Assembly (NCBI GenBank): GCA_044359535.1
Contig: JBIKLZ010000022.1
Coordinates: forward strand, 1 to 19,586
DNA length: 19,586 nucleotides
Origin: Chlamydiia bacterium
GTDB lineage: Bacteria; Chlamydiota; Chlamydiia; Chlamydiales; 2-12-FULL-49-11
Direction: 5' to 3'
Of this stretch, positions 7,970 through 15,762 are shown one piece after another. The translations under genes and the position numbers were made by a program. The notes under the pieces are model-generated. The model ran no database searches. It was not told the origin of the DNA and saw nothing but the letters and a program-made list of their open reading frames with translations. Position 1 is the stretch's first letter; each line of letters starts with the position of its first letter.

Positions 7970-8357
7970 GTTCTTCATCTAAAATCAAAAGAGAAGTAAA
8001 TAAAAAATTATCTTCTTCATTTGAAGAGGTTAGTGATTTTTTAAGATAATGGTAAAAAAGAGTGTCATAGGGGTGGGTATTGGAAAACTCCTTAGCACAC
8101 TCTGATATCGATTTTTGAATAACAATAGGGGCTCCACCTGGGGTGTGTAAGAGATGAAATAATAGATCATGGATCTTTTTAGTTTTAACAAGGGTATTTA
8201 AATGGGCATCAAGAAAAAGGATGTGGTTATGCATTTTGTTTAAAAATGTATTTTCATCTAAAAGGTAGTGGTTCCTACAGATCTGTTTCCAATCGATAAG
8301 AACAGATTCAATTGCTTTATGCACAATGTGATTTGATGGCTCCATAAATCCCTTCAT
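7953..8357 (-). CDS. hypothetical protein, His-rich and probably helical (alternative start ATG 8345)
   Basis: 134-aa ORF filling the space between convergent sod and divergent DMT genes. AAGGG precedes the internal ATG at 8345 (MEPSN). Confidence 0.65.
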   Translation of the reverse strand: MKGFMEPSNHIVHKAIESVLIDWKQICRNHYLLDENTFLNKMHNHILFLDAHLNTLVKTKKIHDLLFHLLHTPGGAPIVIQKSISECAKEFSNTHPYDTLFYHYLKKSLTSSNEEDNFLFTSLLILDEELKNLS

Positions 8358-8454
8358 ACCAAGTCAACATCATTTTCACAAGGATTTTTAAAAGGGGGTG
8401 TTATTAAAAAAAACTCAAGTTGACACTTTCCATAAAATCACTTAAGTGTAGGGG

Positions 8455-9372
8455 ATGTTGAAGAAAATTCAGATAAAGGAGTATGAGAAAGGGGCTTTTT
8501 ATATGATCCTTTCCTCCTTTTTTGCCACATTTTTTGCCTTATTTGTAAAAATAGCTGTTGAAATCATTTATTTACCTTGGATCTTATTCCTAAGATTTTT
8601 CCTCCCCTTACTCTTTATTTTGATCTTTTCCATTTTTAAAAAATCCCTGCTCAAGCAGATCTGCTTTAAAAAAAAGGGGCTCCATCTACTTAGAGCTCTT
8701 ACTGTTGTCATTTCTCAGTTAAGTTTGCTTTATTATTTTACCAAGGGGTCTTTAACTGACGGGGTGACGTTATGGAATACATCTCCTATCTTTATCCCTA
8801 TTGTATCTTATATTTTCTTTCGTCAAAAAACAAGTCCAGTTGTCTGGTGTAGTCTATCTGTTTCTTTTCTTGGGGTCCTTCTTATCCTTAAACCATCCAA
8901 TCAAATTATTGATCCCTTTAGTATTTTTGGATTTATTTCTGGAATTTCTGTGGCTATTTCTCAAGTGTTATATACCATAAACAGAGAAACGGACAGTTTA
9001 ATAAACAATTTATTCTTATTTTTTTTAAATGCTTCGATAATCACAGGTGTGATCCTATTTTCGTTTTTTACCTTACATGGATTTGATAAGTTCTTTTTTT
9101 TAGAAAGTCATCCAAATACCTTTTCTTCAGGAGCTATCCTTTTAGCTATTGCAATAGCCTCTACGATGAACCAATTTTTAAGAGGGATAGCCTTTTCTTT
9201 AGCTAAACCCTCTGTCCTATCGCCATTTATCTATGTATCTGTTGTTTTTTCAGCGATCATTGACACAATTCTTCGTCCAGGAGAGATTGTTGGATTTTTC
9301 TTTATCCTTGGAATTGCTTTGATAATTATAGGGTCTTTAATTCCCATTTTTGCAACTAAGCAGCTTCCCTAA
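8455..9372 (+). CDS. EamA/DMT family transporter
   Basis: About 10 TM helices in two repeats. Motifs ILFLRF, HLLRA, TSPIFIP, SFLGVLLILKP, LSPFIYVSVVFS. Confidence 0.9.
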   Translation: MLKKIQIKEYEKGAFYMILSSFFATFFALFVKIAVEIIYLPWILFLRFFLPLLFILIFSIFKKSLLKQICFKKKGLHLLRALTVVISQLSLLYYFTKGSLTDGVTLWNTSPIFIPIVSYIFFRQKTSPVVWCSLSVSFLGVLLILKPSNQIIDPFSIFGFISGISVAISQVLYTINRETDSLINNLFLFFLNASIITGVILFSFFTLHGFDKFFFLESHPNTFSSGAILLAIAIASTMNQFLRGIAFSLAKPSVLSPFIYVSVVFSAIIDTILRPGEIVGFFFILGIALIIIGSLIPIFATKQLP

Positions 9373-9664
9373 GGAAGTCGTAAACAGCTCTACTTGGAGG
9401 GATTAAGGATATTTTATTAAGATCTTTTAAAATTTTTAAAAACTCTTTATCTAGTAAAAACGTATCAGCTAACTTTTTTTCTCCCCAATGGGAGGTGAAT
9501 ATAAATTCTTCAGTCTCTTCATTATGATAGATACAAGCCCAGTTAGCTCCGTGTTTTAGAGCAATTGGCTTTATTTTAGATTCCCAAAGGGTGATAAAAT
9601 CCTTTTCATATCCAGAATTTGGATGGTATGTAGCTGTAACTAGGACAGTATCTGTAGCTTTCAT
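9356..9664 (-). CDS. small protein, probable dimeric alpha+beta barrel (antibiotic biosynthesis monooxygenase-like) fold
   Basis: ORF track start is 9691, but AAGGGGGG precedes ATG 9664 (MKATDT). The pattern VTATYHP.SG.EKDF..LW...GA..ACIYHN.E..EFIFTSHW fits the ABM beta-alpha-beta-beta-alpha layout. Confidence 0.65.
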   Translation of the reverse strand: MKATDTVLVTATYHPNSGYEKDFITLWESKIKPIALKHGANWACIYHNEETEEFIFTSHWGEKKLADTFLLDKEFLKILKDLNKISLIPPSRAVYDFLREAA

Positions 9665-9712
9665 AGATCTTTCCCCCCTTTTAACTATCAATAATACAGC
9701 TACCTAAATAGT

Positions 9713-11098
9713 TCACAAGTCTTTTGATGAATATTTAACAAACAGAAGGGGAAGAACACTTAGTAATACCATAACCCCAATAAGCATAGACTCATAGACA
9801 AATATATTTGTAATAAGAACCTCTTGCGGGGGGATAAAACCTACAATAAAGGCAAGAAAGCATATGGTTATCCCCAAGCAAGCTGTTAGCCAGATTCCAA
9901 TATTCCCCCCAGGTATTTTAAAGGTCCTTTTTACATCTTTTTTTCTGTAATGAAGGACAATACTTGCTGCAAAAAGGGCTATGTAGACAATCATAGCCAA
10001 TTGAGAGGTGATGATAGAAAGAAAAATAAAAGTACTATTTACTGAGGGCATATAAAGATAAAAAAGGGATAAAATGGTAACAATAACCCCTTGGGTAAGG
10101 AGGGCATGAACAGGAACACCATGAGAATTTTGCATTGTAAGATACTTTGGAAGGGTGCCATCTTTTGAAGCAACCATGATCCCTTTTGTTGGGCCAATAA
10201 TCCAGGCACTGACTCCACTTAAAGCTCCAATAACAATAGCTGCTGCCATAATATAAATAAAGTAGTGGATGTTATACATATCAAAATAGACTTGAAAGGC
10301 TTGTAAAACCCCCACTACTAAGTTTAATTCTTTATGAGGTACAACAACAGCAATAGCAAGAGATGCTAAAATAGTTGAAGAAAGGATTAAAACTACAGAG
10401 ATAAAAAGTGACTTTGGATAATCTCTTTTTGGATCAACCATTTCACCAGCATGTGTTGCAACCATTTCAAGACCAAGGAGACCAAAAAGTATAGAACTAA
10501 AATAGCCTAGTTTGTGATAACAGCAGTCGGTAGGAAAAAAGGTAGCCCAAGACATTTCAATAGCAAGGGGTCTTCCGCTTGAATAAAAAATAATTGATAG
10601 AATAATCATCAAAGACATGGGGAGAAGTGTTCCTAAAGTGGCCCCCACAATACTTACCCAAGCAGAAATTTTCATTCCGAAACAATTAAGGATTGTCGCT
10701 ACCCAAAATAGGGATAAAATGACCGAAATGATATAAAATTTATTTTCAGCAAGTTCTGGGTTGATAAGAAATGCTGAAACCCCTGCTGTCACTCCCATTA
10801 CCGTTGGGTACCAAGCTAAATTAAAAATCCAATTAAGCCAGATGATGACACTTCCAAAGCTTTTCCCAAAAGCGGCTTTGATCCATACATAGAGCCCCCC
10901 AGTCTCTGGCCAAGCAGTTCCAAGTTCAGCGGACACTAACGCACTGGGGATTAAAAAAAACAAACCTCCAATCATATAATAGAAAAGTAAAGAAAAACCG
11001 TACTGAGCAGAAAGGGGCAGGGTGCGGATGCTGTCGACAGCAATGATATTGATCATTACGATGGAAAAGAGAGTGAGCGTCTTTTTTTTATTATCCAT
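9713..11098 (-). CDS. APC superfamily amino acid permease (GadC/YjeM-like), second copy
   Basis: SIRTLP, PSALVSAELGTAWPETGGLYVWIKAAFG, LGLEMVATHAGEMVDPKRDYPK, WIIGP, RTFKIPGG, about 12 TM helices. Confidence 0.92.
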   Translation of the reverse strand: MDNKKKTLTLFSIVMINIIAVDSIRTLPLSAQYGFSLLFYYMIGGLFFLIPSALVSAELGTAWPETGGLYVWIKAAFGKSFGSVIIWLNWIFNLAWYPTVMGVTAGVSAFLINPELAENKFYIISVILSLFWVATILNCFGMKISAWVSIVGATLGTLLPMSLMIILSIIFYSSGRPLAIEMSWATFFPTDCCYHKLGYFSSILFGLLGLEMVATHAGEMVDPKRDYPKSLFISVVLILSSTILASLAIAVVVPHKELNLVVGVLQAFQVYFDMYNIHYFIYIMAAAIVIGALSGVSAWIIGPTKGIMVASKDGTLPKYLTMQNSHGVPVHALLTQGVIVTILSLFYLYMPSVNSTFIFLSIITSQLAMIVYIALFAASIVLHYRKKDVKRTFKIPGGNIGIWLTACLGITICFLAFIVGFIPPQEVLITNIFVYESMLIGVMVLLSVLPLLFVKYSSKDL

Positions 11099-11335
11099 AA
11101 TACCTACTATAGAAATTTAAACTTTATATTACTACAATTTGATTGCTTTTTGCTTTTGCTGCTCAAAATAGACCTGTTTTAATCAAGAACTATTAAATGT
11201 ATTGAGAAATGTTTACAATGGATCTACCTCCTAGATTGATTAATGAAAGAAAAAAAACTCTGAAAAAATGGTACCTTTATAAAACTATTAATACAAGAAA
11301 AAAAGGAAAAAAAACTATGGGTTGTGTAGAAGAAA

Positions 11336-11410
11336 TCGGGGCAGAGGGATTCGAACCCCCGACCCTCTGGTCCCAAACCAGATGCGCTAGCCAAACTGCG
11401 CTATACCCCG
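11336..11410 (-). tRNA. trnP: tRNA-Pro (anticodon TGG), CCA not encoded
   Basis: Reverse complement CGGGGTATAGCGCAGTTTGGCTAGCGCATCTGGTTTGGGACCAGAGGGTCGGGGGTTCGAATCCCTCTGCCCCGA folds as a cloverleaf. Anticodon stem TCTGG/CCAGA, loop TT-TGG-GA, T-loop TTCGAAT. Confidence 0.97.
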
Positions 11411-11424
11411 AAAAAGATGGGTGT

Positions 11425-11454
11425 AGAATACACGATAAGGTGGATATTTGACAA
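11425..11454 (-). promoter_or_regulatory. promoter candidate for tRNA-Pro
   Basis: On the minus strand: TTGTCA (11454-11449), 18 nt, TATTCT (11430-11425), ending 14 nt before the tRNA. Confidence 0.6.
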
Positions 11455-11502
11455 CTATTTTGTACTCTTTTTTCAATAGCTGTTTTATGGAATCTATCTT
11501 CA

Positions 11503-12420
11503 TTAAAGAAGAGGGTAGGGTTTTGCAATGCCGTTAGCGGCGATAAATCCTTCAATCATCCTTTTTCCATCAAAAGAAATCGTCTCTGGATCGTAGTAAA
11601 GGATATCTATCCCAAACCATTTTTCATTCATCAGATTCTCTTCAATAATCTTGAAAGGGGTGTTGTTTTTTATAAGATTTTGACACAGTTGTTCAAATTT
11701 CTTGTAGTCTGTTCTCCCTAAAAAAGGGAGTACACAAGCTGTTTTTACCTCATCTTCTTTATACTTGGAAAGCTCTCCAGTAGAAGAGAGGTTGAATCGA
11801 CCGCTTCCTCTCCCCCAGCAGATCCCTTCAATAAAAAATGTGGGCTCATTGATTCCAATCTCTAAGTGAGAAAAGGTCTCCTGGGAGATAAGCTCCACTA
11901 TTTTTCCACACTCTAGGGAAGGGGGGAGAAAAAATACAAGGGCCCCTTTCATGGAATCTGGAAAAATGGAGGCTAGGGAATGAAAAAAAGTGGAAAGAAG
12001 GGAGCTTGAGTATAAGTGTAATAAGTGCTCTTCTTCTAAATTATTTTCAGGTAAAAGATCTTTCCATTCATCGTACTCTTGAGAGGTTTGTTGGTGCCTT
12101 TTTATGTGATTTGAAAAATCTATTGTCCCTTTATATAAAAGAATATGGGAGATCTTTTCCTCTGGAAGAGGGGTGATCTTTTCAAGTAGTACTTCTAAGG
12201 CTCGTTTTCTTATCGCCCACTCAAATTCATTAAAAAAGGAAAAGGTTTCTGTTTCAATATCAAAAAAGCATTCAACCCAGAAGGGGATGTTAAGGAGGGC
12301 TACCTCATCTATAATAGAAAAATCTAAATTTGAAGAAGGGGAGCAATCGACAAAAATGGTTAGACAATCATAGGCGTTAGGGTTTTTTTTATAGACGTCT
12401 AAAGTTTCTGCAACGCGCAT
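11503..12420 (-). CDS. hypothetical protein; C-terminal region resembles a GATase-like (GH42 trimerisation-type) domain
   Basis: 305-aa ORF coupled to trmB by a TAATG stop/start overlap at 12422-12418. C-terminal PFKIIEENLMNEKWFGIDILYY...ISFDGKRMIEGFIAANG. Confidence 0.75.
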   Translation of the reverse strand: MRVAETLDVYKKNPNAYDCLTIFVDCSPSSNLDFSIIDEVALLNIPFWVECFFDIETETFSFFNEFEWAIRKRALEVLLEKITPLPEEKISHILLYKGTIDFSNHIKRHQQTSQEYDEWKDLLPENNLEEEHLLHLYSSSLLSTFFHSLASIFPDSMKGALVFFLPPSLECGKIVELISQETFSHLEIGINEPTFFIEGICWGRGSGRFNLSSTGELSKYKEDEVKTACVLPFLGRTDYKKFEQLCQNLIKNNTPFKIIEENLMNEKWFGIDILYYDPETISFDGKRMIEGFIAANGIAKPYPLL

Positions 12421-13100
12421 TAGGGGCCTATTTTTTTAAAGGTCATTAAACGATTGATCCTCCCTAGCTCTTTCCACAATCTTTTAAAATATGAGCCCCC
12501 ATAGTCTTCGTCTAGGGGGATATACCCTTGTTCTTTATAAAGATTTTCAAAGTGGGGGTCTTCTTTAAAAAGGTCAATGATTTCAGCGCTATATTCGGCA
12601 CTATCTGTAGTAATTGTGATTGTCCCTTCATTTTTTAACATCTCATAGAGGGGTTTAATAAAAGAGGGTTTAATAATTCGATGTTTTGCATGGCGTGTTT
12701 TAGGCCATGGATCAGGGAAGTTGATAAAAACTTGGTCTATAGAGCCCTTTTCAAGGTAATATTGAAAAAAATCTTCTCCCATACCACAAACAATAAGGAG
12801 GTTTTCTATCCTCATATTTTTCATTTTTGACCAGATTTTACGCACGCGCATAAATTTTTTTTCTATCGCTATATAAAAAATTTCTGGATTATTGAACGCT
12901 CTTTCTGTGATCCATTCTCCATTACCACTACAAATTTCTAGATGAATGATTTTAGCTTGTTTTAAAGTCTCATTGATAGAGGGAAAGGACTCATATTTAT
13001 CAGCATGGAAATAAGCGGGAATGGATAAAACCCCATCTATATAAGATGGAACGGAAGAGGCAAAACTCTTAATAGTGTAGGGGAGATCTTTGGGTTTCAT
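12420..13100 (-). CDS. trmB: tRNA (guanine-N7)-methyltransferase TrmB
   Basis: HLEICSGNGEW, IAIE, NFPDPWPKTRHAKHRI, TTD. The real start is taken as ATG 13100 (MKPKDL) because the ORF-track extension to 13211 runs through tRNA-Leu. Confidence 0.93.
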   Translation of the reverse strand: MKPKDLPYTIKSFASSVPSYIDGVLSIPAYFHADKYESFPSINETLKQAKIIHLEICSGNGEWITERAFNNPEIFYIAIEKKFMRVRKIWSKMKNMRIENLLIVCGMGEDFFQYYLEKGSIDQVFINFPDPWPKTRHAKHRIIKPSFIKPLYEMLKNEGTITITTDSAEYSAEIIDLFKEDPHFENLYKEQGYIPLDEDYGGSYFKRLWKELGRINRLMTFKKIGP

Positions 13101-13114
13101 AAAATTAAAAAAAT

Positions 13115-13196
13115 TGCCCAGGAGAAGACTCGAACTTCCACACCGCAAGGCACTAGATCCTAAGTCTAGCGTGTCTACCAATTTCACCACCTGGGC
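13115..13196 (-). tRNA. trnL: tRNA-Leu (anticodon TAG), CCA not encoded
   Basis: Reverse complement GCCCAGGTGGTGAAATTGGTAGACACGCTAGACTTAGGATCTAGTGCCTTGCGGTGTGGAAGTTCGAGTCTTCTCCTGGGCA. Anticodon stem CTAGA/TCTAG, loop CT-TAG-GA, long variable arm. Confidence 0.97.
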
Positions 13197-13212
13197 ATCA
13201 GGTTGAAGCAAA

Positions 13213-13241
13213 ACTATAAAGGATAGATCAATTTAGGTCAA
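13213..13241 (-). promoter_or_regulatory. near-consensus sigma70/sigma66 promoter for tRNA-Leu and probably trmB
   Basis: On the minus strand: TTGACC (13241-13236), 17 nt, TATAGT (13218-13213). Confidence 0.75.
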
Positions 13242-13340
13242 TTTTTTCCTGAAAATGTAAAAAAAAACTATTCTGCTATTAATAAAGAAGGGGTTGTGCT
13301 ATTTTCTATTCACAAAATGTTTACAAAAAAAGGGGGGTTA

Positions 13341-14111
13341 ATGAAAAGTATAATTTTATTTTTTTTCGCAACGTGTTCACTATGTGCCGATATTTATGAG
13401 GTCGATTCGATAAAAGAAATGGATAAATACAAAGAAGAGGGGGTCTTGTTTCTTTACGATATTGACAACACACTGATTACTTTAAAGCAAACCCTTGGGA
13501 CAGATCAATGGTTTTACTACCGATTTGGACAGCTAAAAAAGGTACTTGGAGATGATGCAAAGGCTTTAGAAAGGGCATTATCAGAATGGACAAGTATTCA
13601 GTATATTTCTGAAATTGCTGAGGTGGAAAAGGGAAGTAGTGAAATCATAAAAAATCAACAAAATGAGGGTGTTTGTTGTATTGGTTTTACAACTCGAGGG
13701 CTTACCCTCTCTCATTGTACCTTAAGCCAACTTAACTCCATTGGAATTGATTTTTCAAAATCAGCTCCATCCAAAGAGGATCTTTTCTTTCAGACAACTC
13801 AAAACATCATATTCAGACATGGAGTGTTGTTTACATCTGGGACAAATAAAGGGAAAGCGTTAGCGGGATTTTTAAGTAGAATTGAGTTTAAGCCTAAAAA
13901 AATTGTGTTTATTAATGACAAACACACTCATTTAGCCGATGTCGAAAAGGGGTGTGAAGAACTTGGAATTCCTTTTATTGGACTTAGGTATAATTATCTT
14001 GATGCAGTAGTTGAAGGATTTAATCCAAAAATTGCTGATATTCAAGGGAAAAGGCTTTTTACCCTCCTTTCTGATGAAGAGGCTCAAGCAATGATCAAGA
14101 AAGACTTCTAA
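13341..14111 (+). CDS. DUF2608 family HAD-like protein with signal peptide
   Basis: AGGGGGG SD precedes ATG 13341 (ORF track starts at 13296). Signal peptide MKSIILFFFATCSLCA|D. HAD motifs YDIDNTL, FTTR, NKG, IVFINDK. Confidence 0.85.
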   Translation: MKSIILFFFATCSLCADIYEVDSIKEMDKYKEEGVLFLYDIDNTLITLKQTLGTDQWFYYRFGQLKKVLGDDAKALERALSEWTSIQYISEIAEVEKGSSEIIKNQQNEGVCCIGFTTRGLTLSHCTLSQLNSIGIDFSKSAPSKEDLFFQTTQNIIFRHGVLFTSGTNKGKALAGFLSRIEFKPKKIVFINDKHTHLADVEKGCEELGIPFIGLRYNYLDAVVEGFNPKIADIQGKRLFTLLSDEEAQAMIKKDF

Positions 14112-14166
14112 AACTTGCATTTGTTTTTTGTTTATGAGATGAATAAGGTTAAAGAAGAGGGGTTTT

Positions 14167-15762
14167 ATGTCAATTTTCAATAACTATTTATCATTTAAAC
14201 CATTAGAAAATTTAGCAAAAACCCCCATTGACCTCACAGCTAAGGGGGTTTTAACAGAACGTCGCATTCATCAAATGACCCTTTCTGCCTGCGGTTGGAA
14301 AATGTTTTATGGTACTGAAAGGGTGGATGATAGGGTGATAAAACATCTTGAACATCTTGCTCAAGAGGCTGATGTATTTGGCAAAATGGAACGCATCCAT
14401 GACATGCAAGTGATGAATTTTGTAAAAGGGTGTAAATCAGAGGATAGAGCTGTGGGTCATACTGTTATTCGTGCTCAATATCTTTCAAAAAACGCATCGA
14501 TGAATGCAAAACAAGCCCATCAAGAGGCTGTAGTAGAGCTAAAAAAACTAGAGTCTTTTTTAGAAACAACAAAAGAGTTTCGTCATATGATAGTTATTGG
14601 TATTGGAGGATCTTACCTTGGAGCGTTAGCTATTTCAAAAGCGCTTAAGGGGCTTCATAAAACCAATAGATCCCTTCATTTTGCTTCAAATATTGATCCA
14701 GATAAGATCGCTACGATTTTAAATGAAATAGACCTATCTAAAACCCTTGTAGCTGTTATTTCTAAATCAGGGGGGACGATGGAGATTATGGCTCAAGAGA
14801 TCCTTCTTAAAAACCATTTTTTAGCACATGGGCTAAATCCAAAAGAGCATTTTGTCATGGTAACTCAAAAAGCAAGCCCTATGGACACCCCCCTTTTATA
14901 TAAAGAGATTTTTTATCTTTGGGATTTTATTGGGGGGAGGTATTCGGTTTCATCGATGGTAGGAGGTGTTCCAATTGGTTTTATTTGCGGTATACAGGTG
15001 TTTAAAGAGTTTTTGAAAGGGTGCAGTGATATGGATCATCACGCCCTTCATGAAAGGGATTTTACAAAAAACCTCCCTTTAATGGGGGCAATGTTAGGGA
15101 TTTGGAATAGAAACTTTCTTAAGATGGACACCCTTTGCATTCTCCCTTATTCAAGTTCTTTAGATTTATGGTCGTTGCATATTCAGCAATTGTATATGGA
15201 ATCTAATGGAAAAAGGGTGGAGCAAAATGGGGGTCGATTTGTCGATTATGGCACCTGTCCAATTGTTTTTGGAACCTGTGGAACAGAAGGGCAACACTCT
15301 TATTTTCAAGCGATTCACCAAGGTACTGTGGCTGTCCCGATAGAATATATTGGATTTTTACACCCTCAGCAAAAAGGGGATGAGATGATAGAGGGGAGTT
15401 TAAACCAAGAGAAGCTTTTAGCTAATTTATTTGCTCAAGCAATTGCATTAGCCCGTGGAAAGAGATCAGAAAATCACAATCAAGAATTTCCTGGAAATAG
15501 ACCAAGTAGAATGCTTGTTACCCGTTCATTATCAGCCTATTCAATGGGGGCGCTACTTTCTTACTATGAAGCGGTTGCTGTCTTTCAAGGTTTTGTTTGG
15601 GGGATTAATTCCTTTGATCAAGAGGGGGTTCAACTAGGAAAGGTGATTGCCAATAGCATTGTTGAAGAGTACAAGCAACATCACAAAACGGGAACATTTT
15701 CAGCTAAAGAAGAACTTGAGGTTGAAATTGCCTTTATGAAAGAAGTAAAACATTTAGAGTAA
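14167..15762 (+). CDS. pgi: glucose-6-phosphate isomerase
   Basis: GIGGSYLG, VISKSGGT, IGGRYSVSS, QQLYMESNGK, QHSYFQAIHQG, FPGNRPS, INSFDQEGVQLGK. Confidence 0.97.
   Translation: MSIFNNYLSFKPLENLAKTPIDLTAKGVLTERRIHQMTLSACGWKMFYGTERVDDRVIKHLEHLAQEADVFGKMERIHDMQVMNFVKGCKSEDRAVGHTVIRAQYLSKNASMNAKQAHQEAVVELKKLESFLETTKEFRHMIVIGIGGSYLGALAISKALKGLHKTNRSLHFASNIDPDKIATILNEIDLSKTLVAVISKSGGTMEIMAQEILLKNHFLAHGLNPKEHFVMVTQKASPMDTPLLYKEIFYLWDFIGGRYSVSSMVGGVPIGFICGIQVFKEFLKGCSDMDHHALHERDFTKNLPLMGAMLGIWNRNFLKMDTLCILPYSSSLDLWSLHIQQLYMESNGKRVEQNGGRFVDYGTCPIVFGTCGTEGQHSYFQAIHQGTVAVPIEYIGFLHPQQKGDEMIEGSLNQEKLLANLFAQAIALARGKRSENHNQEFPGNRPSRMLVTRSLSAYSMGALLSYYEAVAVFQGFVWGINSFDQEGVQLGKVIANSIVEEYKQHHKTGTFSAKEELEVEIAFMKEVKHLE

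Noticed and set aside
8420..8448. TTGACA upstream of the DMT gene as a promoter
   Set aside because: The hexamer at 17-nt spacing is TAAGTG, a poor -10, and the nearby TAAAAT is only 7 nt away. Support is insufficient.
7953..11335. Genomic island integrated at the tRNA-Pro 3' end
   Set aside because: No integrase, no duplicated tRNA 3' end (att site) found in the window, and no obvious compositional shift.
11209..11555. ORFs 11209..11451 (+) and 11277..11555 (-)
   Set aside because: Both run through tRNA-Pro. Peptides such as GAEGFEPPT are typical tRNA translation artefacts.
13101..13211. 37-aa N-terminal extension of TrmB in the ORF track
   Set aside because: It is the tRNA-Leu sequence read in frame, and its TTG start lies just downstream of the -10 element, before the likely transcription start.
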